A DNA stretch of 64,000 nucleotides from an uncultured Chloroflexia bacterium (GCA_963804865.1 CAWDSH010000001.1:466977-530976), one strand, 5' to 3'; positions 37,742-48,166 are shown, counted from the first letter of the stretch. The notes: generated from the sequence alone by a model not told the origin. A program made the numbers and translations.

Positions 37742-38527
37742 TTGCTTATTGATACTCATTGTCACCTGAACCTGGATCTTTTTGAAAACGATCTTCGCGA
37801 TGTAATTATTCGTGCCAGAAACGCTGGTGTAGAAAAACTTATCGTTCCGGGTATCGATCTGGAAACGAGTGAAAGAGCTATTCAGATCTGTAATGATTTC
37901 TCAGAGGTTTATGCTGCCATTGGAATCCACCCAAATTCACTGGATGAATATACTCATGGTGATATCGATAAAATTAGAAAGCTATCGCAACATCCAAAGG
38001 TTATATCGATCGGTGAAATCGGACTGGATTATTTCCGAAATCGCGCAACAAAAAAACTGCAGATCAGTGCATTTGTGGAACAGTTAAATCTTGCCCGTGA
38101 ACTCAACTTGCCTGTCATACTCCACAGCAGGAAATCTCTGGAAGATATGAAGCAAATTCTTTTCAATTGGGCAGCAGATAATAAAGCATCAATGGCCGGT
38201 GTAATGCACTCATTTGAAGGAAAATGTGAAGATGCCCTCCAATTTACCCAAATGGGAATCATGGTAAGTGTAAACGGCAGCGTCACTTTTAAGAATGCGG
38301 TCGAAAAGCATAGTCTTGCCAGAAATATTCCGCTAGATTCGCTTTTATTGGAAACTGATGCGCCATTTATCACTCCTGTTCCTTTTCGGGGAAAACGCAA
38401 TGAACCTGCTTATTTAAAATTGATCGCCCAGCGTGTAGCTGAACTACGAAAGTGTACAATTGAAGATATTGTCAACAAAACGTCATCAAATGCCCTAAAG
38501 ATTTGGAATCTGGATCCAATGAAATGA
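37742..38527 (+). CDS. tatD: TatD-family metal-dependent hydrolase
   Basis: TTG start. LIDTHCHLN, GEIGLDY, VILHSR, ETDAPF. Confidence 0.88.
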   Translation: MLIDTHCHLNLDLFENDLRDVIIRARNAGVEKLIVPGIDLETSERAIQICNDFSEVYAAIGIHPNSLDEYTHGDIDKIRKLSQHPKVISIGEIGLDYFRNRATKKLQISAFVEQLNLARELNLPVILHSRKSLEDMKQILFNWAADNKASMAGVMHSFEGKCEDALQFTQMGIMVSVNGSVTFKNAVEKHSLARNIPLDSLLLETDAPFITPVPFRGKRNEPAYLKLIAQRVAELRKCTIEDIVNKTSSNALKIWNLDPMK

Positions 38528-38548
38528 GTTTCCAACAAGACGTGAATT

Positions 38549-38580
38549 ATAAAATAAGAACAGCCGCAAAATGCGGCTGC
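38549..38580 (-). terminator. Rho-independent terminator of tRNA-Leu
   Basis: On the minus strand, cagccgc-atttt-gcggctg is followed by ttcttatttt. Confidence 0.6.
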
Positions 38581-38584
38581 CAAA

Positions 38585-38666
38585 TGCGCTGGGTGGGAGT
38601 TGAACCCACACGCCTTGCGGCACATGGCCCTCAACCATGCCTGTCTGCCAATTCCAGCACCAGCGC
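38585..38666 (-). tRNA. tRNA-Leu (anticodon GAG), class II with a long variable arm. CCA is not encoded.
   Basis: Reverse complement folds as GCGCTGG-TG-CTGG-AATTGGCAGA-CAG-G-CATGG-TTGAGGG-CCATG-TGCCGCAAGGCGT-GTGGG-TTCAACT-CCCAC-CCAGCGC-A. I folded the cloverleaf by eye. Confidence 0.85.
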
Positions 38667-38730
38667 TGAAGCAACGATATTATAACCGCCTTAAGGCGAT
38701 TGTCAAGAAATTATCTTATATGGAGGTTAA

Positions 38731-39735
38731 ATGTCTATTGTATTGGATGCCATGGGGAGCGATCGATATCCTGAGCCAGAACTGGAGGCTGCGATTAATG
38801 CCTCGCAAATTCTTGAAGAAGAAATTATCCTGGTTGGGAATCAAGATCTCATCGAACCAGCTCTCTGTAAATTGGATAAAGGTACTTCACAAATTCGGAT
38901 AGTCCATGCTCCGGATATTCTCAACATGGATGAACATGCGGTTGAAGCCACCAGGCAAAAACCAAATAATTCAATGGCGATTGGTATCGGGCTGGTTAGG
39001 GATGGGATTGCCCGCGCATTTGTTACTGCCGGTAATACTGGTGGAGCATACTTCAATGCGGTTACCCAATTACGAAGAATTCCAGGTATTTCCAGGCCAG
39101 CTTTAACCAGTGTTATCCCCAACAAAATTGGACGCACCGTCTTCCTCGATACCGGCGCTAACGCTGATTGCCGGCCGGAATTCATGCAGGAATTTGCCAT
39201 AATGGGTTCGATCTATGCAGAAAAAGTCCTGGGTATTAATTCTCCAAGGGTCGGTCTGCTTGCCAATGGGGAAGAAGAAGGAAAAGGCAACGAATTGATT
39301 AAGAATTCCTTCCCCTTCCTTAAATCATCTGGAGTAAATTTTATCGGAAATGTTGAGCCGAAAGAGGTCTTTGCCGGTGAGGCAGATGTCGTGATCGCTG
39401 ATGGATTTACAGGAAACATATTCATTAAAACTAGTGAAGCTGTGGGAAAATTAATTACGGATGTCCTTCGTGAGAATATCTCTTCATCCACCCTAAGTAA
39501 AGTGGGTTATTTACTGGCAAAGCCAGCTTTTACTTCTTTAAAGAAAATGATGGATCCTGCGGAGGTAGGTGTTGGGATTCTCATGGGAGTTAATGGATAC
39601 GTTTTTATCGGACACGGAAGATCAGATGCACGTGCACTAACCAATGGTTTACGGCTGGCAAAAAAGACTGCTGATTCAGGTTTGTTGGAGAGTATAAGTA
39701 CACTGATCCAGGCAAAAATTAGAAAGAGTCTTTAG
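38731..39735 (+). CDS. plsX: Phosphate acyltransferase PlsX
   Basis: MSIVLDAMGSD.., FVTAGNTGG and GFTGNIFIKT blocks, with PlsX-typical length. Confidence 0.92.
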   Translation: MSIVLDAMGSDRYPEPELEAAINASQILEEEIILVGNQDLIEPALCKLDKGTSQIRIVHAPDILNMDEHAVEATRQKPNNSMAIGIGLVRDGIARAFVTAGNTGGAYFNAVTQLRRIPGISRPALTSVIPNKIGRTVFLDTGANADCRPEFMQEFAIMGSIYAEKVLGINSPRVGLLANGEEEGKGNELIKNSFPFLKSSGVNFIGNVEPKEVFAGEADVVIADGFTGNIFIKTSEAVGKLITDVLRENISSSTLSKVGYLLAKPAFTSLKKMMDPAEVGVGILMGVNGYVFIGHGRSDARALTNGLRLAKKTADSGLLESISTLIQAKIRKSL

Positions 39736-39750
39736 AATAGGATTTTAGAA

Positions 39751-40453
39751 ATGAAGATTATTTCCAACGACAAGTATATTGAACGAAATAAAAAACTCTC
39801 GAAAATCACCATGATAGCATCACTTGTATTTCTTGGATTTTCCTTCATTGCCATGCTAAATGGAGATCCAAATTCAGTGCTCTTTTTTCCATCGTTGGTT
39901 GCTGGTGTGATTGGGATTATTCTTGCCACGATCAATATCCCCTTAACCAGCAGAATTCGGTGGATCACCACGCCCGGATGAATTGATCACCCGTTCTCTT
40001 AAAGGCCTCGGTGAAGAATTTTCCCTTTTTCATTATATTGCCGATGTACCCCATTTGCTTGCGGGTCCCAATGGACTTTGGGCAATAATCCCTTATCAGG
40101 TAAAGGGAAAGGTCATTTATGATAAATCTCGAAACAAATGGAAACTAAAGAAGAAAGGCAACTTCTTAGCTAATCTCTTTGGTTCTGAGGGGTTGGGAAA
40201 TCCCGGTAATGAAGCCAGGTTATTAATAAAAGATCATCTGCAACAAATTAAGGGTCATAAGGAGTTCACTGATCTTCCAGAACTGACTCCCCTTGCATTA
40301 TTCCTTTCAGACTCAGTCGAATTGGAAACTGGAGATTCTCCATTCCCAGCACTCCAAATGGAGAAAATCAAGAATTTCATCAGAAAATATCCCGATCTAC
40401 CTAAGGATAAGCAACTTCGCATTAATGAATATAAATCATTTCTTTTAGAATGA
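39751..40453 (+). pseudogene. Hypothetical membrane protein (two N-terminal TM helices plus a soluble, possibly NERD-like domain), with a frame change at about 39975
   Basis: ORFs 39751..39981 and 39983..40453 are adjacent in different frames and read through as ..RP(D)ELITRSLKGLGEEFSLFHYI..PHLLAGPNGLWAI. The function is not recognised with any confidence. Confidence 0.4.
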
Positions 40454-40466
40454 AGAAGTACCGGGT

Positions 40467-41204
40467 TCATGTTGAACCCGGTTTTTTTGTGTAATTGATT
40501 AATTCACTTTTTTCTGTTTCAGACAGGTATCGCCACTCACCGGGTTTTAATTTTCCGAGCATTAAAGTGCCAATCCTGGTACGAAGGATTTTTTTCACCG
40601 GCAAACCGATCGTTTTCCCAACTTCACGAATCTGCCTCTTCCTTCCCTCATGCATGATTATCTTCAGCAAAGTAACATTTGACATTGCTCTTAATATATA
40701 AACCTTGGCATGGGAAGTCTTTATTCCTTCTTCCAGGACCACGCCTCTTCTCCAAGCGCTTAGCTGTTTCTCATCAGGTTTTCCAGATACCAATACTTCA
40801 TATTCTTTTTCGTGTCCATAGCGCGGATGGGTTAACAGATTCGCCATTTCACCATCATTTGTCAGCAAAATGAGACCCTCTGAATCCATATCGAGTCTGC
40901 CCACCGGGTAGAGATGCCCGGTGACAGGTACAAGGTCCCTTACGGCTGGTCTTGGATCAGCTGGATCAACATCCGATCGAACACCAATGGGTTTATTGAC
41001 CGCGATATATATTTTCTTGGATGCTGAAATTTTAATTTGCTGCCCATCCAATTGAACTTGATCCTTCGCAATATCCGCTTTGCTTCCTAAAATGGCGGTT
41101 TTTCCATTGATCAAAACGCGGCCAGCTTCAATTAACCCTTCACAATATCGTCGTGAACCGTATCCCGCTTGAGAAAGAATTTTTTGAACCCGTTCCAAAG
41201 GCAT
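40467..41204 (-). CDS. rluB: Pseudouridine synthase, RsuA/RluB family (S4 domain plus catalytic domain)
   Basis: S4 domain RVQKILSQAGYGSRR and catalytic block GRLDMDSEGLILLTNDGE. Confidence 0.88.
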   Translation of the reverse strand: MPLERVQKILSQAGYGSRRYCEGLIEAGRVLINGKTAILGSKADIAKDQVQLDGQQIKISASKKIYIAVNKPIGVRSDVDPADPRPAVRDLVPVTGHLYPVGRLDMDSEGLILLTNDGEMANLLTHPRYGHEKEYEVLVSGKPDEKQLSAWRRGVVLEEGIKTSHAKVYILRAMSNVTLLKIIMHEGRKRQIREVGKTIGLPVKKILRTRIGTLMLGKLKPGEWRYLSETEKSELINYTKKPGST

Positions 41205-41205
41205 A

Positions 41206-41778
41206 TTAATCCTTCAATATGGGGTTCTTTTCGGGTTCCCCTTCGGGTCCAACTGCTGTTTCGAATGATGGAAGATCATTTATTGAATTTAATCCAAACA
41301 ATTGGAGAAACTCAATGGTCGTACCATACAAAATTGGCCTGCCAGGTCCTTCAGCGCGACCGATTTCTTCAATAATGCCTTTCATTAAAAGACTTTTGAG
41401 TACTCCATCACTATTCACCCCACGGATCGCGTCAATTCCAGGACGGGTAATTGGTTGGCGGTATGCGATAATTGCCAAAGTCTCAACGCCCGCCCTGCTC
41501 AAACGTGCATAAGCTTCCAAGCCTAATAACATTTCCACATGTTGGGCATAGTCAGGCGAAGATGTTAATTGGACTTTACCATGATGCCATTGAAGCCTGA
41601 GACCACGTCCATTCGAATATACCTTTTCCAGTTCTTTAAGACCTGATTCAATATCCGAACTCCTTTTCCCGGTTGCTTCTACGAGTTGAGCAATTGTTAC
41701 CGGGGAAGAAGCCGAGAAAAGCATGGCTTCAATTAAAGCTGGTAAAGAATGATCCTTCTGGGGCTGATACTCACTCAT
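41206..41778 (-). CDS. scpB: Segregation and condensation protein B
   Basis: LIEAMLFSASSPV.., ETLAIIAYRQPITRPGIDAIRGV.., GRAEGPGRPILYGTT. Confidence 0.9.
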   Translation of the reverse strand: MSEYQPQKDHSLPALIEAMLFSASSPVTIAQLVEATGKRSSDIESGLKELEKVYSNGRGLRLQWHHGKVQLTSSPDYAQHVEMLLGLEAYARLSRAGVETLAIIAYRQPITRPGIDAIRGVNSDGVLKSLLMKGIIEEIGRAEGPGRPILYGTTIEFLQLFGLNSINDLPSFETAVGPEGEPEKNPILKD

Positions 41779-41835
41779 GCTATAATATTTTTTCTAATCG
41801 AGATAATCGATGATTATACCTGATAAGAATTCTTT

Positions 41836-43416
41836 ATGATGAAACCCGGCAGAATACTAATTCTTTTCCTATTCCTTGTTATTGTTGTGGCATGTTCCAA
41901 TGGAAAGACAAATTTAGAACAAATTAAAGTAAATATCGTTGCTGACGGGAAGATCCTCACCCTCGATGTTGAATCTGGTTTATCTGTCGCTCAAATTCTC
42001 TCTCAAAATGAAATCATATTGAATACATTGGATAAAGTTGAGCCCCCTTCCTATACACTTTTGATAAACGATTCCGATATTCGTATTATTCGAGTTGTCG
42101 AGGAATTTTTAGCTGAAGAGCAGAGTATTCCTTTTGAGCATCAAACCGTCCAAAACGAATCGCTGACGGAAGGCCAGACACTCTTGATTCAACCAGGATA
42201 TAACGGAAGTCAACAAGTGACATACCGCAGGATTTTGGAAGATGGAATGGAGACATCGAAAACCATTTTTCAAATCACGACCATCAGCGATCCGATCCCT
42301 GAGATCGTCATGGTCGGTGTGCATGCGCCGTTCACAGCATTACCGATTGCGGGTGAGCTGGCTTATTTGATCGCTGGCAATGCTTGGATCATGGAAGAAA
42401 CAACGGGCAACAGGCGCCCAGTAGTGACTACTGGTGATTTGGATGGTTTTGTTTTTTCAATTTCTCCCGATGAAGAATGGTTGTTGTATACCCGTAAGCT
42501 TGCCAATGATGAGGACAGTATTAATAACTTATGGGTTATAGATATCAAACATGAAGGTGCAAAAGCCATTGACCTGGGAATAAAGAATATTTATCATTTC
42601 GCGGATTGGGTCGCCAATCAGGACAATACGATCACTTATTCTACGGTTGAGCCCAGGTCGTCTCCGCCAGGGTGGCAGGCTAATAATGATCTCCATATCC
42701 TTACCTTCACCAGCAATGGAACTGTAATGAGAAATGAGCAGATCATTGATTCAAACAGCGGTGGTGCCTATGGGTGGTGGGGTACGGATTTCGCCTGGTC
42801 GCCAAATAGCAAAACCCTTGTTTTTGCCCGGCCAGATGGTATCGGCGCTGTTGATTTAGAAAACGCTGATTTCATCCCATTTTTAGAAATCCTCCCTTAT
42901 GATTCTCAAAGTGACTGGGCTTGGATACCACCCATCAACTGGTCTCCGGATAACAGGTTATTATTTACCTTGGTGCATGGTGTTGCAACAGGAACTACGA
43001 TTAAAGAAACATCCACCCGCTTTGATCTATGTGCCCTCGATCCAATTAATGGCTCATCTATAACCATTGTGCAAGAAGTTGGTATGTTTGCCACGCCTGT
43101 TCCCTCCCCTTTTCTTAATGATGACCATTTTTATGTTACCTGGCTTCAAGCGGTTTTTCCAAATCAAAGTGATACAAGTCGTTATAAACTCATGATCATG
43201 GATCGGGATGGCTCAAATAAAAGAACCCTATTCCCCAGAGAAGGCTTGATTGGAATGGAACCGCAAACAATCGAATGGGCACCAAATGTAAATTCTGATC
43301 AAGTTTTGCATTTGGGATTGGTTTATCAAGGAAATATTTGGATGATCAATTCAGCAAATGGCGAGACATTTCAGATAACTGGTGATGGATTGATCACGGC
43401 TATTGATTGGAAATAA
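41836..43416 (+). CDS. Lipoprotein with a DUF348-like segment, a G5 domain and a C-terminal PD40/TolB-like beta-propeller
   Basis: Lipobox LVIVVAC. G5 block FEHQTVQNESLTEGQTLLIQPGYNGSQQVTYRRILEDGMETSK. Propeller repeats WSPNSKTLVFARPDG and WSPDNRLLF. Confidence 0.6.
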   Translation: MMKPGRILILFLFLVIVVACSNGKTNLEQIKVNIVADGKILTLDVESGLSVAQILSQNEIILNTLDKVEPPSYTLLINDSDIRIIRVVEEFLAEEQSIPFEHQTVQNESLTEGQTLLIQPGYNGSQQVTYRRILEDGMETSKTIFQITTISDPIPEIVMVGVHAPFTALPIAGELAYLIAGNAWIMEETTGNRRPVVTTGDLDGFVFSISPDEEWLLYTRKLANDEDSINNLWVIDIKHEGAKAIDLGIKNIYHFADWVANQDNTITYSTVEPRSSPPGWQANNDLHILTFTSNGTVMRNEQIIDSNSGGAYGWWGTDFAWSPNSKTLVFARPDGIGAVDLENADFIPFLEILPYDSQSDWAWIPPINWSPDNRLLFTLVHGVATGTTIKETSTRFDLCALDPINGSSITIVQEVGMFATPVPSPFLNDDHFYVTWLQAVFPNQSDTSRYKLMIMDRDGSNKRTLFPREGLIGMEPQTIEWAPNVNSDQVLHLGLVYQGNIWMINSANGETFQITGDGLITAIDWK

Positions 43417-44379
43417 ATGATGCGAATACTACTCACAGGCGCTGCAGGATTTCTTGGTTCACATTTATGTGACCGAATGCTCTCAGAAGGTCATGAGGTG
43501 GTCGGAATTGACAACTATGTGACAGGAAATCCTGAGAACCTAGTACATTTATCCGAACATCCTGGATTCAAATTCATCGAGCAAGATGTTTCCAATCATA
43601 TTTCCATACCGGGTAAGGTCGATGCAGTTATGCATTTTGCTTCTCCTGCGAGTCCAAATCCCAAATCCCCATATGGTTACCCCAATCTTGCCATTCAAAC
43701 GATGAAAGCAGGTGCTTTGGGTACCCATAACACTCTAGGGGTTGCACGCGCCAATAACGCTCGTTATTTATTAGCATCAACAAGTGAGATTTACGGCGAT
43801 CCTCTAGAGCACCCGCAAAAAGAATCTTATTGGGGGCATGTGGATCCTGTTGGTCCTCGATCGGTCTACGACGAAGCAAAAAGATTTGCTGAAGCATTGA
43901 CGATGGCTTACCATCGTACACATAATCTGAATACACGCATAGTCCGCATTTTTAATACGTATGGCCCGAGAATGCGGCTTGATGATGGGAGAGTAGTCCC
44001 CAATTTCATTTTACAAGCCCTGCGGAAACAGCCGCTAACAATCTATGGTAAAGGAGATCAAACTCGAAGTTTTTGCTTTGTGAGTGATCTGATTGAAGGT
44101 ATATATAAATTACTACTCTCGGATGAGCATTACCCGGTCAATCTAGGAAATCCCGAAGAGACCTCAATCCTGAGATTTGCGGAATTGATCAACAAGCTGC
44201 TGGATAATCCAGCTGGGATTGAGCTGCAAGATGGCATGTTTGTCGGGCACGACCCACAACGCAGGCAACCGGATATTTCAAGGGCAAAGGAAATTCTTCA
44301 ATGGATACCTCTGGTAACGCTTGAAGAGGGGCTTGAAAAGACTATTTCTTTTTTCAAGGGAAAATTGAATTTATTATGA
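43417..44379 (+). CDS. UDP-glucuronate decarboxylase (UDP-xylose synthase)
   Basis: Near-canonical UXS blocks: [88 protein letters not shown]. Confidence 0.88.
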   Translation: MMRILLTGAAGFLGSHLCDRMLSEGHEVVGIDNYVTGNPENLVHLSEHPGFKFIEQDVSNHISIPGKVDAVMHFASPASPNPKSPYGYPNLAIQTMKAGALGTHNTLGVARANNARYLLASTSEIYGDPLEHPQKESYWGHVDPVGPRSVYDEAKRFAEALTMAYHRTHNLNTRIVRIFNTYGPRMRLDDGRVVPNFILQALRKQPLTIYGKGDQTRSFCFVSDLIEGIYKLLLSDEHYPVNLGNPEETSILRFAELINKLLDNPAGIELQDGMFVGHDPQRRQPDISRAKEILQWIPLVTLEEGLEKTISFFKGKLNLL

Positions 44380-44828
44380 TAAAAGCACCCACAAGCGAAA
44401 AATCACGGATGGTTCGCTTTGCCGTCGTTGGTGCCATTGGAACCGTTGTGGATTTTGGGATTTTCAACCTTCTTATTAATTTCACCTCAATCGAGCCCAT
44501 TAGTGCTAGTGCGATTTCATTTGGATTCGCTGTGATTAATAATTTTATATTAAATAGGACTTGGACTTTTCCGGATGCCCGAAAAAAGAAAATTATTGCC
44601 CAGCTTATTCAATTTGCGATTGTCAGTGTTATTGGATTGATCATTCGCACTCCCATATTCTCCTTCTCTGAAAAGGTATATGCCTCACTAGCAAATCAAT
44701 GGTTGCCCAATTTCGTTATTAACCCCGAAAAACTTGGATACAACCTGGGATTGGCAACTGCGATCGTCATTGTCATGATATGGAATTTCGTCGTCAATAA
44801 ATATTGGACATTTAATGAAAGCAAATGA
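44376..44828 (+). CDS. GtrA-family membrane protein
   Basis: [20 protein letters not shown].., four TM helices, about 150 aa. The start overlaps the UXS stop by 4 nt. Confidence 0.8.
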   Translation: MIKAPTSEKSRMVRFAVVGAIGTVVDFGIFNLLINFTSIEPISASAISFGFAVINNFILNRTWTFPDARKKKIIAQLIQFAIVSVIGLIIRTPIFSFSEKVYASLANQWLPNFVINPEKLGYNLGLATAIVIVMIWNFVVNKYWTFNESK

Positions 44829-44831
44829 GGT

Positions 44832-46019
44832 TTGATGGAAGGAAATCCGCAAATTGTTGAGCCTGGTGATCAGGAATCGAAACCACCCCAGGTCCGATCT
44901 CTTAGGGAATTAGTGGATCTGGTATCAGGACGAGGATTTGATAAGGATATCCCCCAGGAAGATTCAGGGCTCGCTGAAGTCCTCCCATTTCCTTTTTTAG
45001 CTTTGGTGGGACAACCAGAACTTAAGCTCGCTCTACTTCTCGCTTTATTGAATCCAACCATTGGCGGTGTCCTCTTAATTGGTCCTCGAGGTACCGGAAA
45101 AACAACTGCGGTGCGCAGTTTGATGGATCTGCTTCCAAGTGTCGAACGGAGCGCTTGTTACTATGGCTGCCTGCCCGAAGATATCGAGAACGGTGGCATG
45201 GATGTTGTCTGTCCTGACTGTGCTAAAAAGTTTGCGGAGGGCAGACCATTGACCAAATTGGATCGTGTCCGTCTTGTGGAACTCCCTCTGAATGCACGTA
45301 TCGAGGATGTCATTGGTGGTTTTGATGAGAGGGCGTTGGTTCACGAGCGTTTACGATTGAAACGAGGGCTTCTCGCCCAGGCGGATCAAAATATTCTCTA
45401 TGTGGATGAAGTGAATCTGCTATCAGACGAAATTGTCGATGCGATCCTGGACGCAGCTGCCCAGGGCACATATTCAGTAAGACGGGGACCAATTTCTGCC
45501 ACATACCGGGCACGATTTAATCTTATTGGCTCCATGAATCCTGAGGAAGGAAGTTTACGCCCGCAGATCATGGATCGTTTTGGATTACGAGTTATTGTCC
45601 GGGGGCTTTCAGAACCAAAAGAAAGGCTTGAAGTTTACAGGCGAGTCAGGTCTTATCTTCGTAACCCACATGGAATGACGACTTTTTATGCGCATGACAC
45701 CAAGAAAGCACGAGATGAAGTGCAGACGGCGAGAGAGCTGCTTCCTAAAGTCCAGTTATCGGATAAAGTCGCTCAGATCGGCATCAAATTGATCCAGTCA
45801 ATGAAAATTGATTCATTAAGAGCTGAGATCACTCTTTTCGAAGCGGCACGGGCATATGCAGCCGCTGATGGTAGAACTTTAGTCAAGTTCAATGACATTA
45901 AAGTTGTTGCTCCTTTGGCATTACGTTTGCGTCGATCAGAATTCATCACGAAATATTTTGTTGATCAGCAAGGTGAGGAATCTGAAATCAATAAAATATT
46001 GGACAAATCAGGAAAATAA
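44832..46019 (+). CDS. ChlI/BchI-like AAA+ ATPase (Mg-chelatase subunit I family) with a four-Cys insert
   Basis: FPFLALVGQPELKLALLLALLNPTIGGVLLIGPRGTGKTT, ILYVDEVNLL and NLIGSMNPEEGSLRPQIMDRFG. The insert is SACYYGC..VVCPDCAKKF. Confidence 0.8.
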   Translation: MMEGNPQIVEPGDQESKPPQVRSLRELVDLVSGRGFDKDIPQEDSGLAEVLPFPFLALVGQPELKLALLLALLNPTIGGVLLIGPRGTGKTTAVRSLMDLLPSVERSACYYGCLPEDIENGGMDVVCPDCAKKFAEGRPLTKLDRVRLVELPLNARIEDVIGGFDERALVHERLRLKRGLLAQADQNILYVDEVNLLSDEIVDAILDAAAQGTYSVRRGPISATYRARFNLIGSMNPEEGSLRPQIMDRFGLRVIVRGLSEPKERLEVYRRVRSYLRNPHGMTTFYAHDTKKARDEVQTARELLPKVQLSDKVAQIGIKLIQSMKIDSLRAEITLFEAARAYAAADGRTLVKFNDIKVVAPLALRLRRSEFITKYFVDQQGEESEINKILDKSGK

Positions 46020-46023
46020 GATC

Positions 46024-47022
46024 ATGCCGGAATTTATTCAACTTGCCAATAGTCATCGGGCTCGGATGCAATCATGTTTGGGTATGAAACAAATGAAACA
46101 ACCTCCCGTTGCTCTTTGGCGTCATTTCCCGGTTGATGACCAGGATCCGGGATACTTCGCAAGTGCGATTGCGAACTTTCAGGATACTTTTGATTTTGAT
46201 CTTATTAAAGTCACCCCTTCCTCATCTTTTTGTATCAAAGACTGGGGAGTTTTGGATGAGTGGAAAGGTAATGTGGAAGGCACCAGGGATATCACATCAT
46301 TTGTAATAGAAAAACCAGAAGATTGGGAAAAATTAGCCAAACTCGATCCCAATCATGGTATTCTCAACGATCAATGGGATTGCTTGAAATTACTGTCGAA
46401 TACATATCTCCCTTCGACGCCGATCCTTCAAACGATTTTCAATCCCCTTGCCCAGGCAAAGAATCTTACAGGTAGAGAACGACTTCTGGATCATCTCCGT
46501 AATCATCCGGATCAATTAAAAAAAGGACTTGAAACGATAACCCAGAGCACTCTCTCGTTTATAGAAAAATGTATGGAGTCGAAGATCGATGGAATATTTT
46601 ATGCCATCCAACATGCCCAAAAGTCGTTGTTGACTCAAAGTGAGTTCGAGGAATTCTGCAAGCCTTACGATATGCAAATTTTGGAAGCGGTCAGTAATTT
46701 ATGGTTGAATATGATCCACATCCATGGCGAGAATATTTATTTCAAACAGGTAAGTGAATATCCAGCAACAATTTTGAATTGGCATGATCGGCATACTTAC
46801 CCCTCCTTGAGTGAAGCACGGAAAAGTTTTCATGGTGTCCTATGCGGTGGCATTAGCAGATTGGAATCTTTGGTACTGGGTGATCCTAAGCAGATAGCGG
46901 TTGAAGCAAAAAATGCCATGGATTCCACTGAAAGGACCGGATTTATTCTCGGCACCGGTTGTGTTGTTCCAATTACTGCTCCTTATGGCAATATACTAGC
47001 GGTAAGATCCAGCATTAATTAA
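46024..47022 (+). CDS. Uroporphyrinogen-decarboxylase (URO-D/MtaA-like) family protein
   Basis: Start trimmed to MPEFIQL.., 4 nt after the upstream stop. The URO-D-like fold is suggested by PVALWRHFP..D, IHIHGENIYF and GFILGTGCVVP. The specific activity is unknown. Confidence 0.55.
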   Translation: MPEFIQLANSHRARMQSCLGMKQMKQPPVALWRHFPVDDQDPGYFASAIANFQDTFDFDLIKVTPSSSFCIKDWGVLDEWKGNVEGTRDITSFVIEKPEDWEKLAKLDPNHGILNDQWDCLKLLSNTYLPSTPILQTIFNPLAQAKNLTGRERLLDHLRNHPDQLKKGLETITQSTLSFIEKCMESKIDGIFYAIQHAQKSLLTQSEFEEFCKPYDMQILEAVSNLWLNMIHIHGENIYFKQVSEYPATILNWHDRHTYPSLSEARKSFHGVLCGGISRLESLVLGDPKQIAVEAKNAMDSTERTGFILGTGCVVPITAPYGNILAVRSSIN

Positions 47023-47032
47023 TATATTATTT

Positions 47033-47602
47033 ATGTCCAATCCGAGGATCATATCAGGTACAGCAAAAGGTTTGAGGTTAAAACCGGTACCTGGTGATAC
47101 CACTCGTCCAATCACAGATCGAGTCAAGGAAGCATTATTCAATATTATCGGGGCCGATATACAAGATTCAAAATTCCTTGATCTTTTTGGTGGCACAGGG
47201 AGTGTTTCGATCGAGGCTCTCAGCCGTGGTGCGTTATTTGCTCGCATTATTGATCTAAACCACAATGCTGTTGAAACATTAAAGATCAATTTAAAGTCAG
47301 CAAGATTGTTGTCGAAAGCAGATGTTATAAAGACTAACGCCTTTAATTATTTACAAAGCCAACCAGATAAGATATTTGAATATTGTTACATTGCCCCTCC
47401 CCAGTATTTGGGAATGTGGCAAAAAGCCCTTGAGCTCCTGGATCTTAACATCGGATGGTTAACAGATGACGCTTGGGTTATTGCACAAATCCATCCACTT
47501 GAATATAAAACCCTATTGCTTCAAAATATGTTTGAATTTGACACACGGAAATATGGCAGCACGCTATTGGCTTTTTATACCCCCAAAACCACGAACTCTT
47601 AA
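47033..47602 (+). CDS. rsmD: 16S rRNA (guanine966-N2)-methyltransferase RsmD
   Basis: RIISGTAKGLRLKPVPGDTTRPITDRVKEALFNIIG, DLFGGTGSVSIEALSRGA and an IAPPQY block (corresponding to the DPPY motif). Confidence 0.88.
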   Translation: MSNPRIISGTAKGLRLKPVPGDTTRPITDRVKEALFNIIGADIQDSKFLDLFGGTGSVSIEALSRGALFARIIDLNHNAVETLKINLKSARLLSKADVIKTNAFNYLQSQPDKIFEYCYIAPPQYLGMWQKALELLDLNIGWLTDDAWVIAQIHPLEYKTLLLQNMFEFDTRKYGSTLLAFYTPKTTNS

Positions 47603-48102
47603 TCGTTGAATTCCATAACCAATTCGTCAGTATTGTTATAAAAATATCTTCCTGAAATGGGCTTTGTACCTGTTTTCCATTGGAAAACGAGCGGGATCAA
47701 TTGTTTAAGATCCTCAACAAGAGGATATTTTTCAATTTCGTTAACCTCAATCCACTCAAGTTTGCCTTCCTCAGACGATGTGATTTTCCCACCTTGATAA
47801 TGTCCCTTGTATATGAAAAGTCCAATTCCTGGTATTTGGCCAGTATCAATAAAGACTGTCCCGCAAAGGACAAGTGAATCACAAATTAGTCCCGATTCCT
47901 CATGTAGTTCTCTTCTCGCTGCATTGATCGCATCTTCACCCCTCTCAATGTGCCCTCCGATCCCGTTATATTTTCCAGGCCAGATCCGTTTAGTCGTATT
48001 GCCACGCAAAAGTAGTACTTCATTTTCATTAAAAATAAAGATTAACACACGAGGTATGATTTGATATTTGTCCAGTAAAACACCTTGGTCGGTTTTTGGC
48101 AT
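47599..48102 (-). CDS. NUDIX hydrolase
   Basis: NUDIX box GIGGHIERGEDAINAARRELHEESGL. Confidence 0.8.
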   Translation of the reverse strand: MPKTDQGVLLDKYQIIPRVLIFIFNENEVLLLRGNTTKRIWPGKYNGIGGHIERGEDAINAARRELHEESGLICDSLVLCGTVFIDTGQIPGIGLFIYKGHYQGGKITSSEEGKLEWIEVNEIEKYPLVEDLKQLIPLVFQWKTGTKPISGRYFYNNTDELVMEFND

Positions 48103-48110
48103 ATTATCGC

Positions 48111-48148
48111 TAAAAAGATAGGATAGGCTTTATAGACCTATCCTATCC
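48111..48148 (-). terminator. Rho-independent terminator of the aldolase gene
   Basis: On the minus strand, gataggatagg-tctataaag-cctatcctatc is followed by tttttag. Confidence 0.7.
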
Positions 48149-48166
48149 TCAATAATAGAATTGTGG

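Noticed and set aside
44832-46019. The Mg-chelatase subunit I homolog, considered as evidence for (bacterio)chlorophyll synthesis or phototrophy.
   Set aside because: No BchD/H genes or other photosynthesis genes are in the window. ChlI-like AAA+ proteins are widespread in non-phototrophs.
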